A DNA stretch of 63,351 nt, filler included, from Octopus bimaculoides (GCF_001194135.2; 7 parts of 5 records of this genome joined end to end with filler, not necessarily neighbours in it); one strand, 5' to 3'. Shown: positions 40,798-54,690, counted from the whole stretch's first letter. Made by a program: numbers and translations. The notes: generated by a model from the letters alone, not told the origin.

Positions 40798-42014
40798 CGT
40801 CGTTCAAATTAACGTTATCTGTTTGCTAAGAAACTCATCTATATTGTTGTATTGCGTTAACCTCCATTCAAACTTATATTCATATTACAGTCCTATAAGT
40901 TAGTTTTCAGTTATGTCTTTGTTCTCTTATTTTTCATATTTTTATTTTACTTCCCGCTATCTTTTTCACAACGGATGATAGTCGTCATCTGCAATATTCA
41001 AGCTGAGTTTGAGGCAATTTCTCGTTCATGATTGAACTATGTCAGTCATTTTATGTGAGGAATGGGTTGTCTCCCTTGTTTACAACTTGCACTGCAAAGC
41101 CAAACATTTTTATTCCAATGTATGTGTTTCATATGATATATTCAGTAATATTTTGAAGTTACAGCTTTGACGTCTTTATTATACATGGGTATTTCTTTAT
41201 CAGAAATACCTCTGAGAGCTGTGAAATATATATAAAACTTCCGAAACAGTTATAATAATCATTTATAAGAATAAATTAGCGCGTGTGGTACGCACAAATA
41301 TCCACACTCATAGACACACGCACACACTGACACGCACACACTCACACACACACGCGACGGATATATTTTCCTGCATGCAAAATAGACATTACTTCTCATA
41401 CATACACTCACGCTCACGCACAGGAGTAGGTAGACAGCCGACAACTGACGAAGGGTCGTTACTTGTTTTCCATTTTTTACTCGTTGTTCGGATATTTAAA
41501 TCGGTTGTTTTCGTACTTCATGTTGTTTGTGACGTCCAGTACCTATACATACATACATACATATATATATATANNNNNNNNNNNNNNNNNNNNNNNNNNN
41601 NNNNNNNNNNNNNNNNNNNNNNNNNNNNNNNNNNNNNNNNNNNNNNNNNNNNNNNNNNNNNNNNNNNNNNNNNNNNNNNNNNNNNNNNNNNNNNNNNNNN
41701 NNNNNNNNNNNNNNNNNNNNNNNNNNNNNNNNNNNNNNNNNNNNNNNNNNNNNNNNNNNNNNNNNNNNNNNNNNNNNNNNNNNNNNNNNNNNNNNNNNNN
41801 NNNNNNNNNNNNNNNNNNNNNNNNNNNNNNNNNNNNNNNNNNNNNNNNNNNNNNNNNNNNNNNNNNNNNNNNNNNNNNNNNNNNNNNNNNNNNNNNNNNN
41901 NNNNNNNNNNNNNNNNNNNNNNNNNNNNNNNNNNNNNNNNNNNNNNNNNNNNNNNNNNNNNNNNNNNNNNNNNNNNNNNNNNNNNNNNNNNNNNNNNNNN
42001 NNNNNNNNNNNNNN

Positions 42015-42061
<47 letters not shown>

Positions 42062-43266
42062 TGCGTGCGTGTGTGTATTTCCGTACTTATAGTTGAAAAA
42101 GTCCGAATAAGCGAAACCGCTACTGAAATGCTTTTTAGAAAATTATTTTAGCATTTTCTACATTGACTTTTTTCCCATATATATATATATATAATATGTG
42201 ACAATTAGTTGGTTGCAATAATAAAGCTCAGAGTTTTGGATACCTGCGATGAAGTCTGCTCCGGCATCACATCAGTTGTTAAGATAAAACGCTATGAGAA
42301 AAACCGTTGAATAAAGGGAAATTACTCCAATAGACAGGGTGAAACTAATACTTCATTCATAGAATCCGCATACGCACAAATAAATACACATATACATGTA
42401 CGCACACACACACACACATGTATGTATATATATCTACTTTTTATATTTTGTCCACGTACAAGACTTTCATATGTCTTATCAACACTTATATATTTATATA
42501 TATTTTATTACTTTATATATATTTCTGTATAGTATTTTTCACCCTTTATAATTGTGTAACTTATACGCGTGTAGTATACACCTAATGTGTGTGCATATAT
42601 TCGTGTATATGAATGAACTTATATATACGAGTGCAAGACTCTACCTGTTGTACCTTTCGCCTTCCTTCATACATATATGTATGTATATACGTTTATATAT
42701 CTGCAGGTGTAGATGTGTTTGACAGAAAGGCAGGTGTATTTGTGTATGTGCATATAAAACTCATTTGTATGTTCAAGATATGCAGCGAATGTGAATGTTT
42801 TACGGTTTATGTGTTTTGCGTATGTTCTTATTTGTATATACGTCTATCCGCGTATGCATGTGCACGTGCGTATAGACTACGTTTTGTATATCCGCGTATG
42901 TATGTGTATGTGCGTATAGAGATGTGCATATGAACATAATGATGCGTGCGTTTTTGCGTATGTTTTTTTATTTGTATATACGTTTTCCGCATATGTATAT
43001 GCATGTACCTATAACGTAAGTTTTGTATATCTGCGTATGTGTGTGTGTGTGTGTATGTGTGTGTGTATGTAGGGATGTATATATGAGCGTAGTGATGCGT
43101 GCATGCGTATGTATGCGTGTGTATGTGCGTGTATGTATAAACATATATATGTGCTTATATGTATATATACACGTGTGTGTGAATATGAATATAGATATAT
43201 ATACATACATGTGTGTGTGCGCGTACATGTATGTACGCGTATATATATATATACACGCACGCACAC

Positions 43267-43327
<61 letters not shown>

Positions 43328-44549
43328 AAATCTATATGTACGCATATTTATATATATATGTATATATATANNNNNNNNNNNNNNNNNNNNNNNNNNNNNN
43401 NNNNNNNNNNNNNNNNNNNNNNNNNNNNNNNNNNNNNNNNNNNNNNNNNNNNNNNNNNNNNNNNNNNNNNNNNNNNNNNNNNNNNNNNNNNNNNNNNNNN
43501 NNNNNNNNNNNNNNNNNNNNNNNNNNNNNNNNNNNNNNNNNNNNNNNNATATATATATATATATATATAGACAGACAGACAGATAGATGGATAGATAGAT
43601 AGATAAATAAGTACATAGATATAGATAAATATATGTACAGAAGAGAAAGATATTTAAATATATATATTAAGAGGGAGAGTGAGAAAATCTAAGCTACTGA
43701 ATAGTCAGTCATGTAGATTAGACGAATAATTTGTTGAACCTTTCGAATTATTCCTCAACTCATCATCAAATATTACAATTCTGGTTTTGATATATATATG
43801 TATATATATATATATGTTTACATATTACAATTTGTCTTCTTATCTGTGTAAAGAAAAAAGGGAACGGAAAGTCGAAACACAAAATCAATAGTGAACAATG
43901 ATTATTCATGTCTTAGCTTTGACTTCACCGACAACATACTTGAGATTGATGCAAAAGTACAAATATATTTCATTTATTGCTTTCAATCACATAGTGAATG
44001 CAACAACTAAGTTATAAAATTTTATTGAATCCAGACATTTACAGAATTGAAAATTTAACAAAGACTTATGAGAAAATTGTCTCAGCAATATTTGGAAATA
44101 AAATCTTTGGCAGCAGACATATGTGCATTGCAATCACCTCGTTATGGGAACGACAGCACAACTCGGTGCCGTGGGCAATTCTTTTTTTCAGCATATCACC
44201 GGTTTGTCTGAAATATTCTGAATAAAACTGGGAATACTGATAACGTACAGAATCCTACTGAGTAGACTGTCTTACCTAAAGTTGTATACACATTACATAA
44301 CAACAATAGTAACATCAAAATAAAATTCATAAGACATCTAAAATATATTTTAGATGTNNNNNNNNNNNNNNNNNNNNNNNNNNNNNNNNNNNNNNNNNNN
44401 NNNNNNNNNNNNNNNNNNNNNNNNNNNNNNNNNNNNNNNNNNNNNNNNNNNNNNNNNNNNNNNNNNNNNNNNNNNNNNNNNNNNNNNNNNNNNNNNNNNN
44501 NNNNNNNNNNNNNNNNNNNNNNNNNNNNNNNNNNNNNNNNNNNNNNNNT

Positions 44550-44825
44550 TGGTAGACGGAAACTGAAAGAAGCCCGTCGTATATATGTATATATATGTAT
44601 GTATGTGTGTGTATGTGTTCTTGTGTCTGTGTTTGTCCCCCCAAAATCGCTTGACAACCAATGGTGGTGTGCTTACGTCCCTGTAAGCTAGCGTTTCCGC
44701 AAAAGAGACCGATAGAATAAGTACTAGGCTTACCAAGAATAAGTCCTGGGTTCGATTTGCTCGACTAAAAGGCGGTGTTCTAGCATGGCCGTAGTCAAAT
44801 GACTGAAACAAGTAAAAGAGTAAAG
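44550..44825 (+). mobile_element. SINE family B, 5' end lost in gap
   Basis: GGTAGACGGAAACTGAAAGAAGCCCGTCG, a microsatellite, then GTGTTTGTCCCC...GATAGAATAAGTACTAGG...CATGGCCGTAGTCAAATGACTGAAAC. Confidence 0.8.
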
Positions 44826-44839
44826 AGTAATGGCAATAG

Positions 44840-44893
<54 letters not shown>

Positions 44894-44894
44894 C

Positions 44895-45169
44895 GATGGA
44901 CTTCTGTCGAAGACCACGTATGACTGTTCAGATTATGCCGATTAACCTGCACAAAATATTTGTTTATAGTGATCAAACGTTCGTGCCGCACATTAGTCCA
45001 CTTCCTCCATCAAATCAACGTTGACTGAGCAGGTGCACGACGTACAATGCGTCAGGTGTCAATGTGGTCGCAGACCAATGTGCGATGAAGTGTTTTGTTC
45101 AAAATTACAATGCTCCACACGGTCTAGGTATTGAAACCACGATCACTAGAACGTAAGTGCCACAAAGCC

Positions 45170-45170
<1 letters not shown>
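44895..45170 (-). mobile_element. SINE family E
   Basis: Reverse complement aligns with 33760-34050 (GATTTGATGGA...ACATTTGATCACTATAAACAAA). Confidence 0.65.
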
Positions 45171-45230
<60 letters not shown>

Positions 45231-45249
45231 TGATAATAACAATAATGAC

Positions 45250-45372
45250 AGGTAAAACTCTTAGCAACATTTTGTTCGTCTTTACGTTATGAGCTGAAAT
45301 TCTGCCAAGTTCGACGTTGGCTTTTATCCTTCAGGGATCGATGTAATCAACAGCACCCCTCCCCCAAAACTG
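45250..45372 (+). mobile_element. Degenerate SINE family A fragment
   Basis: TTACGTTATGAGCTGAAATTCTGCCAAGTTCGAC...CTTTTATCCTTCAGGGATCGATGTAATC resembles 33010-33135. Confidence 0.6.
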
Positions 45373-45779
45373 GTGTAGATGTGTTCTGAATAAATGCTTA
45401 TGAATTGAAATAGGAGCTATGTTATTGTTCAGAATTTATTCATGAGTTTAGAACTTTGTAAACAGTTGTGTATATTTAGGTTTGTCAGTTTGAGGTCATA
45501 GGATTGCTTTTAGTGGTTTATAAGAAGGATGTAGGTAGTTTGTTTTTCAGTGATGTGTCATTTGTTTTAGGTAATTTTGGTTTTATAGGTTTTAATCCTT
45601 TGCTTTCAAATATGTAATTGTTAAACTTCAAAGATTAGTCCAACATTAAAAAACTTAACCATTTAGGGTTCACAAATGAATGCAAGTAAGTGATATCTTT
45701 TCACTGCTAACTATTTTTGTTTGTTGTTGATGTTATTTAGGGCATTTTTTTGCCTGTATTTGGAAAGCTGGGGTTATTA

Positions 45780-46560
45780 GTCGAGCATGTGATGGCATTG
45801 TCAGTATAGAAATCTGTTTATCATGCGCTTTGATGTTCATAACTGGAGTGGGTAAGTACAAAGTATATTTGTAACTTGAGGCTCAATGTTCTATAAGTAA
45901 TTTCATCGCTATGTAGAAATTTTAGCCTATCTGTTTAATAGCGGCAGAGTTTGTGGGCAGTGTTTATAAATATATATGCAAATCTGTTTCAATCGTGGGT
46001 ATTTCATAACGTAATAGTTTAGGGTATTTTATAACATAATATTTTTTTGGTCTATTTGAAAGTGCGGCATTATAAAATGTGTGTATATAGTCGTGTATAA
46101 GATTAAATTTTTAAAGAGGAGGTGTAGTTCTTTCTTAAGCTGATACTTTTTTTGTGAGTTTCAGTTTCTTAGTAGAAGTAGGCCGTCATTTCTATAGAGG
46201 CGACCTGGCATTGAAGGAAATGTGTTATATAAGTTTCCAATATATAAAATCTGACGATGTTTGCTTAGTCTTCCTAGTATTTTTCTTAATCCAGGCAGAA
46301 TTTTTGTGGAGGAGGAGCGATTTCCTTTCTGGTTATAGTGTTTCAATTTCAGAGTCGTTTATTTCGGTTGCTTTACTGAAGTTCAAAGTAGCCATAATTA
46401 TCTCTGATGTCAAACGGGAAGAAACGGCATTAATTTTTTTCTTGGGATCTTGTTAATCCAATCTATTACTTCCTTTGTATTACTCCAGAGAGGTAATTTG
46501 GTGAATTTTGATTTTACTTTTACTTTTGGCGATAATTTGTTTGCTATACTTATTAAAGAA
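45780..46560 (-). pseudogene. Penelope-like element reverse transcriptase fragment
   Basis: LWSNTKEVIDWINKIPRKK, PFDIRD, RKSLLLHKNSAWIKK and LYRNDGLLLLRN..QLKKELHLLFK appear in order and match PLE RT motifs (W.NT..VI.WF..I, FDI, RKSLLF...W.KK, LYRDDGL). Confidence 0.75.
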
Positions 46561-46693
46561 TAATAAATTTGAATCTTATATTAGTATGAACTCTTCAAAT
46601 TAATGTAAAATAGTTTTTACTATAACTGAACATAAAAACAAACAATGATATTCATACACACACACGCACATGCACACACACACACACACATAC

Positions 46694-46732
<39 letters not shown>

Positions 46733-47348
46733 TGGAATTTGGTAAACAGAAGTTTCTCATTATATTATACTTTCCTTACGTACGTTTCATCGTTGAGGTC
46801 TCTGCATCATCTGAAGCAGGTGTTCATATTGCAATTGGATGTTGAACATGATCTGTTCTCCAGTGGAACATTTATTGCATCATGTCATTGCATAATACAT
46901 ATATTTATATGCGTGTGTGTGTGCGTGTGTGTGTGCGTACATCCATATAGACACACAAGCATGCACACTCACATATACATGGCTATGTATGAAACTTGAG
47001 ACTATTAAAATACCTAGAATGTTAAATTGTACTCAAAAGAATGTGCATAATCAATATGTTTGAATTACGTCACTCTTCCGTTTTCATTTTGCTAGTTTCG
47101 CATTAAAAAAAAACATATATCAATGCAAATATAAGTTCAATGATTCTTTAATAGGATCAAGAGCACTATTAACGACCTGCCAATTACTATGACATTCAGT
47201 AGAAGCTAAGATAAAAATACAAATTAATAGGAAAACTAACAATATATTGATATATTATAAATAAAATTATGATAATAGTATTATCAACACAACAGCAGCA
47301 ACAACAATAATAATATTCATAATATTAATAGAAATAGTCTTAATACAT

Positions 47349-47388
<40 letters not shown>

Positions 47389-47843
47389 GAATGAGGATGA
47401 TGACGATCACGACGACCACAAAGATGATGATGATGACTATAGAAATAAAGCTAATGGCTATAGGCTGCTCATATACAATAATTTATTTTTTCGCTTAATT
47501 TAGATCAAAGTAAAATTTTCCAAACTTCCATTATGTCTAAGTTTTAACAACAAATCAATACATCAGAAACCATATTTGGAAATAAACTTTTCCAATGAAA
47601 TATTTATGAACACCATATTGACTAAAATGTCTAAAGTTAGACATGTTGTTTGCTGTTAACCAGAAAGTAATGACACATTGATTACTTTAATACATACATG
47701 CATGCATACATACATTCATATATACATGCATACATACATAAATACATATGTTTACATCTCTCTCTATATATATGTGCATATAAACATAAGTATTGTACAT
47801 AAATTTATGAACAGAATACATATATTTACGTAGATATATATAC

Positions 47844-47883
<40 letters not shown>

Positions 47884-48029
47884 GCATGTATATATGTATG
47901 TATATATGGTATGTATATATATNNNNNNNNNNNNNNNNNNNNNNNNNNNNNNNNNNNNNNNNNNNNNNNNNNNNNNNNNNNNNNNNNNNNNNNNNNNNNN
48001 NNNNNNNNNNNNNNNNNNNNNNNNNATAT

Positions 48030-48880
48030 AAGGAAACAGTAATATTGAGTGAGGTGCATTAAGGAACTGTGTCGAGGCAATTGCTTTTTGTAGTGACGTC
48101 TTAGACATGCCATCATTTATGTAGGCAATTCCTCTTACTATATATGCTGGTGATGCAAAGGTTGAACAAGCAATCAAGAGACATTTTGATGATAGACTTA
48201 GCCTGAAAGATCTAAAGGTTATGTATAAATACGCCGAAGAAACCAACATGAATTTTATTGAATGCAAATTCCTAACAGTCACTGTCAAGAGGCTTGTGCC
48301 AACGCGCTGCAGGAAAGATATTCACACCAAAAGAAATGGTGATCTCAAAGTAAAATTCATTGCGTGACCTGGGTATTGGTGTGATCAATGAGGTTTTGTT
48401 TCCTGTTCATATATCCAAGATGGCGTCAACACGCAAGTTGAGAAACCTATCTTGGTCATGTGGAGGAATACTGCTCTCAAATATAGTTATCCAACAGTGA
48501 AAATTAATAGTGAAACTCGACTAAATTTTAAAGAATTACCACTGTTCCTTGGGCGGGGAAATATGCAGTGATATTCATATAGAAGATTTTGGAGGTGTTG
48601 ACGCTAGACTTTGACATGAAGTGTTATACCAACCACAGGAATAGAACGCCACCGCATTTTTCGAAATGTTCCAACCAGCCCGTTTAGAATAACCTCAGAT
48701 ACCACAATAGTCTGGGTTTGAAAGACTCTCAGCTGTCTAATATCTTGTAAAATTAAAGGATTTACATGGAAAAGGGATAGATTTGTTCAAGAAAAACCAT
48801 GATCTATTCTGCAAGTTACCACAGGAGACTATATCACGGCTAGAATCTCAGCTTTGGACAACAATATCAAATCACATAAG
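48030..48880 (+). pseudogene. CR1-like LINE RT core and C-terminus
   Basis: SEVH*GTVSRQLLF (SGVPQGTVLGPLLF), IYAGDAKV...DLKVMYKYAEETNMNF (YADD.K...DL..Y.WA..NM.F), IFI*KILE, NSLGLK.SQL.NIL and LKDLHG..IDLFKK..DLF. Confidence 0.7.
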
Positions 48881-48926
48881 TCTTGGGGTGAGACACAGAA
48901 AACATATCCATATACATACATACAAA

Positions 48927-49030
<104 letters not shown>

Positions 49031-51067
49031 GAAGGAGATCAGACACAATGTGACGTACATATTATTTAATTATATTTTTATACTAAACACTTTGAAACTT
49101 CCGATACTACTACGATGTGTCACATACAACAGAGTTTACTCTTAACGTTTTTGACAAAATTTTGTACTTTAGGTGTTATTTCGTCACAAGTTATAGAGTG
49201 ACAATAAACTAATTCGTCTTTGATAAGTGCCAATACACGAAACTCTCGGGTTTTGACTAACTCTCTAACTTCTGCCGATGTTATATATATATATTATGCA
49301 TATGTGTGTAAAGAAATCTCATCACGCTCTCAAACTAATGAAAGAATCTCTACCTGGTCGCTCAACACGTTAAAAATAACAACCAATGTATCCCCCTACC
49401 CAGTATTTTATAAGGTAAAATCCTTAAATTATTAATTGACACATTATTAATTATCTTATAACAGCAATGCCTGGAAAAATCATGGATTACATGTAAAAAT
49501 GCATAAAATGTAATATTCTTATGATTATAAACCTGGAAAAGTAGAGGACAAGTTATTACATCTGTAAAAGTATAGGACAAACTATTACTTCAAGTAAAGA
49601 ATAAGAAACATTTTACTTAACATATTGCAGTTAAAATTAAAATTTGTATATTAAAAAATATTTTATTATAGTTTACAAATAACACTATACTTATTTAAGT
49701 AGAATTTGGCTAATTTAATACCTTAAATACAGAAAAGTGACTAATTAGACAAACTTACAAATTACCTGAACAGTTTTGTACACTAAATTGAAAAGTTGAG
49801 AACTCTAAAGAATAATAAATTAGAAGAACTGTCATTCTTTGCGGTAACATTTTAAGTAAAAAGTTTCTGATTCTTTGCTTTCAGTAATAGTTTATCCATA
49901 TCAACGTTGTGCAATAATTATTCACGTCTTTGCTTAGTCTGTATCGGGATTGCCCTTGTTTCTTAATCAGTTACCGATGAAAAATGTTTCAGCTACTGAG
50001 CCATGTAGAACATTCAACGTCTCAGTTAAATGTTGAGTCGTTTAGTTTTTATTTCAGTTATAATTGTAATACATTAACTAAGATTTTGTTAAAATTTATT
50101 CCCATTTAATATCAATGTAGAAATCGCATATAAGTGCTTTTTTTACAAAACCTTTTTCTAAATTCATCTAAGGAAATCACGGATCATGTTGTACTTGGCA
50201 ATCGGATTGGCTCCCTGGTAAAGGATAATACTTGGTTCTAAATTCAACACAAATGCTAGGTACTTTGGAGAATATTTCTCCAAATATTTCTGAGAGAAAT
50301 GTAGAAAATGAACAAGAACTACAGAAATAAACACAAGTAGGCATGTGTTTATTCTAGTAAAATCATCTTCCAAAATTCCAATAGAAGCACGTTGGTTTTG
50401 CTGGTCCTTTCATTCCCTTCAATTTATCAATTTCCTTTGTATAGCTTGAATATTATCGCACAGTACATTTATGAAAATTCAACTCCTGTACCGTATTTCT
50501 TTATCCAGGGTAATATATAATTATCCAAACCTTTTCGTTTCGTTGTCATCTTCTACTCCTGAATAATATCCATATAATAACGTGCTTGTTCGTTCGCCCG
50601 TTATAATTTAGTTAGAGAGGTAAATGTGGAGTAAGTGAGAGGTGGAGTAAAAGTGTGCGTGTGTGTGTGTATGTGTAAAAGAGAAAGGGAATGTGAAAAG
50701 AAAGAAGAGAGGAATATAATAATACACTAAGGCCAAATGCATCATGTGGTTATTTGAAGGGAGAGGTGAAGAGCGAGAGAAAAATACGATAAAAGAAAAG
50801 AGGGAAAGAGTTGTGTTGACGAGCTTGTATGGCGTAGTGCGAAAGGTAAAGAGAGATATGTTTAGGGTACAATATTTAGCAGAGGGTTATGTACTGGTGG
50901 TGAGGTTAAAGAAAGGTAAATTACGATAGATAGACAAAGGAGGTAGTTACAGTAAGAGAGAGAGAGAGAAAAAGAGAGAAAGAGAGAGAGAAAGAGAGAG
51001 AAAAGAGAGAGAAAGAGAGAGCAAGAAAGAGAGCGAGAAAGAGAGAGGGTGAAAGAGAGAGAGAAAG

Positions 51068-51161
<94 letters not shown>

Positions 51162-51525
51162 TGTTGTCATCGAAGAGATACATAGAGAACAAAAAATAGT
51201 AAATGTAAATTAACTGCTGAACTGAACTGAAACGAAATGAGCGTTGTTACTGAAAACTATAATGATGACGATGATGATGATGATGGCGGTGTGCTGATAG
51301 TGAAAAGTATTTTCTTTGTTCAACGAAATCTATATTATTCTTCTACCTATTCGTTCACTCTTTAATTTGCTAGAGAGAAGGCGGAGGAGGTGGAGTGAGA
51401 GGGCATGTGAGAGTGAGTTAGAGAGTAGATGGTCAGCTGATGCATTATACTGTCACCCACGTGGCTAGTGGAAGTGAGAGATGAAGAGAAACTGAGAAAC
51501 GTTAAAAACATGAAGAGAAGAATTA

Positions 51526-52712
51526 TCAGATTGAGTAAAAAGTATGCAACGCTTTGAATCATGAAAAATTTGCAGTTTTGAATCTTTTTTAAACATGTTT
51601 TTTTTTTTTTTTTTTTTGCAATTTTCTGATAATACAAACATGCATTTGCGCAATTACATAAATACATTAACATTGATATTTCTTTCAAGGTTACTACAAT
51701 CATCTGAAATGGGACTCTCAATGTGTGATATTCGAGCAATTTTGCTATTCAACTTTAAAAAAAAAAACGGACGTAAAATAGATGAAACCGCTCTCGATAT
51801 CATTTAGTGTGAAAATGAGCAGTGAGTGGTCAGCTCGAAAATGGTTTAAACGAATTCTCAGTGGAAGTCTGAGCCTTGAAAATCGTGAGCGTAGTGGACG
51901 CCCATCAGTCATCGATGATGGTCAATTAAAGACTGTCATTGATAAAGATACACGTAAAACTACTCGAGAACTGTCAAAAGAACTTCAAGTTAGCCTGAAG
52001 ATGTGCACATATGAAATTTGCTCGTCGCTTCTTCGTAACCAGACCGATCCATTGTATTGTAACTTGTGATGAAATATGGATTCTATGAAATAATAAAAAA
52101 CGATCTTCGCATTGGTTGGAACAAAATGAAGCACCGAAAACCTCCCTTAAACCCGAGCTCTTCAAAAAGAAGCTTATGGTGTCTGTTTGATGGTGTACTG
52201 CTGAACTCATCCACTATAACTTCTTAAAACCCGGATACACCGATACTGCAGAAACATTGCCATGAAATTGCCAAAATGACTGAAAAACTGCTACTCCTCC
52301 ATCCTAGACAGGTCAACAGAAGAAAGCCAGTAACTCTTCCTGATAATGCTCGACCACACGTTTCACCAATAACGCTCCAGAAGTGAGGGAACTTGGCTAT
52401 GAAGTTCTTCCACAGTCAGCTTATTCCCCAGACCTTTCTCCTACCGACTATCACTTTTTCAAGCACCTCCATGGTTTCCTGCGAGAGAAGTAGTTTCAAA
52501 ATCATACGGATGCTCAAATTACGTTTCAAAGAGTACATCAGCTCCAGATCTCTAGATTTTTATGTTACCGGAATAAACAAGGTCGTAGCTTGTTGGCAAA
52601 AATGTGTTGATTGTCATGGTTCTTACTTTGATGAATAAAATTTCCGCATTGTTGAAATATATTGTGATGAATTTCATGTTTCAAAATGTTGCTTACTTTT
52701 AATTCAGCCTGA
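51526..52712 (+). mobile_element. Complete mariner (Tc1/mariner, D34D) DNA transposon with TIRs and TA target duplication
   Basis: 30-bp TIRs at 51526-51555 and 52683-52712 (23/30 identical), flanked by TA at 51524-51525 and 52713-52714, enclosing a transposase pseudogene. Confidence 0.9.
51709..52638 (+). pseudogene. mariner transposase pseudogene (Hsmar1/SETMAR-like), frameshifted with an internal deletion
   Basis: IRAILLFNFK..GRK, RKWFKR...SLENRERSGRP, IVTCDEIWI, KKLMVSV.W, DNARPH, YSPDLSPTDYHFFKHL and WQKCVDCHGSYFDE*. The WVPHEL region is missing. Confidence 0.92.
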
Positions 52713-54090
52713 TACATGGTCAAAACGTTTGTTGAGGAGGTAGAGGGAAAGAAAGAAATATAAAGTGCTTAGCAGAGGCAAATTTCTAAATCATATTATA
52801 TATTATCTCGAGTGGAAGTGAAATAACTTATCAAAATAAAAAAATAGAATTGAAAATCACCTTTTCTTTCTTACATAGCTTCTCTTAATCTTTTTCGTTC
52901 TGTGGAATTTCCAAGGGTCTCACTATTTTATTATCGATTAAGCAAACGGTTTGTGTTCGAAGAGGCAACTACAGCATCGAAGCCAGTCGATGTAAAAATA
53001 AAAAGAAAAAGGTTTTCAAATTATTGTAAATCTTTAGCATACTGTGTGCATCTTGCTCTTGTCGACTGTGATAATGAGCGAGTTGGAATATCCTTTATAT
53101 ATGGAAGTGAGCAATGTATTACTTTTTAAATAGATTATTTTGAATATTATCCTTTAACTGTACTCACAAAAATTGGACTTGATTTGTAGGAGAGTATTAA
53201 TCTTAGAGGGACTGAGGATTAATGTACGAAAAAGATTATAACACAGAGGTTAATCTTAAAACTGGAGTTTGCGTGAAAAATCATATATTTAATTTGGATA
53301 TGACGTTGATGTTGGTAGCAAGTTTGTACAACAACATTTGTGCTTGACTATTCTTTCGGTTGCCTCGAATATTATCCTTAGAAATAATTTTGTAAACATT
53401 CATTGAAACTAAGAGCAATAGTTTCAACAAGATTACAGACAATGTAGCATAGGCACACAAACACACTTATTTACACATATTTGAACGCGTGGGGCTTGTA
53501 GGGTATTTTGACGGTCTCTTTGACAAAAGGTCAAAGATTCGATGACCAGACAACTGCTAGGTTAGTCATGCATCTTCTTCATCTGCTGCCCAACGCCGAT
53601 GATAAGCAAGAATGAGAGAGCCGAGGGGCACCTATGTCTACCGACGAATACATAGACAGCTACATGCTACAATTTACCGCGAAATACACTCTTCCGAAAG
53701 ATGGTTAAGCAACACTATACACAGTTACATGCATACATACATACATACATAAATACATACATACATACATACATGCATACATACATACATACATGCGTGA
53801 ATGCAAGCATATATATATATATATATATTTATATACATATATGTATACATATACACACACACACATATACATACACATAATTGTGTATGTATATTATCTA
53901 TCACTTTCAATCTCTTCATATATGCGTGTGAATGTATACATACACATACACACACATGTATGTGTGTGTGTGTGTGTGTATATAAGATCGNNNNNNNNNN
54001 NNNNNNNNNNNNNNNNNNNNNNNNNNNNNNNNNNTTAATTAATTAANNNNNNNNNNNNNNNNNNNNNNNNNNNNNNNNNNNNNNNNNNNN

Positions 54091-54149
<59 letters not shown>

Positions 54150-54169
54150 ATATATATATGCATACATTG

Positions 54170-54690
54170 AGGTATATCTGTTGTGCATTCAGAATTCGCA
54201 TCTCTAAGCTGTCTGCTGTATTGTGCCTCGACACCTTGCCTTTCTAGAGAGTTCAACACTGGATTCATCTCGACGCTATCGGAGGCCTTTTCGTAATCAA
54301 GAAATGCGATCCACAGAGAAAGCTTGTATTAGTTCGCTCGTTTTATGAACTGTGTTAGACTGGGTATATGAGTTTCTGCGAAAAGGATAGAACATCGATT
54401 GTCTACGACGCAGAGGGCCATGGAGGGGTCCATGCTGGGAATATCATTACAAGAACACATCTGAAATGAGATAATTTGAAAACGGAGTGGAGTGAACGAT
54501 GAGATCGCTGAGTACCAAATGTACAAGTTCCGCTGGGTTGGACAAGCCACAAGGTTCACAGACAACAGGTGGGGCCTTGCAGTTGCTTAATGGCATCCAA
54601 GATATCAGAAAAGTTCACTTAGATGAGAAAACGATTTAGTTAAGCAATGGGGACATTTCTAAAAGCTATTCCTCACTCGTGAACGCGTAC
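54170..54690 (+). pseudogene. RTE-clade LINE fragment: plus-strand C-terminus with an inverted RT piece upstream
   Basis: Plus strand from ~54375: EHRLSTTQRAMEGSMLGISL...KFRWVGQATRFTDNRW...WHPR. Minus strand ~54372-54170: HIPSLTQFIKRAN*YKLSLWIAFLDYEKASDSVEMNPVLNSLERQGV. Confidence 0.8.
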
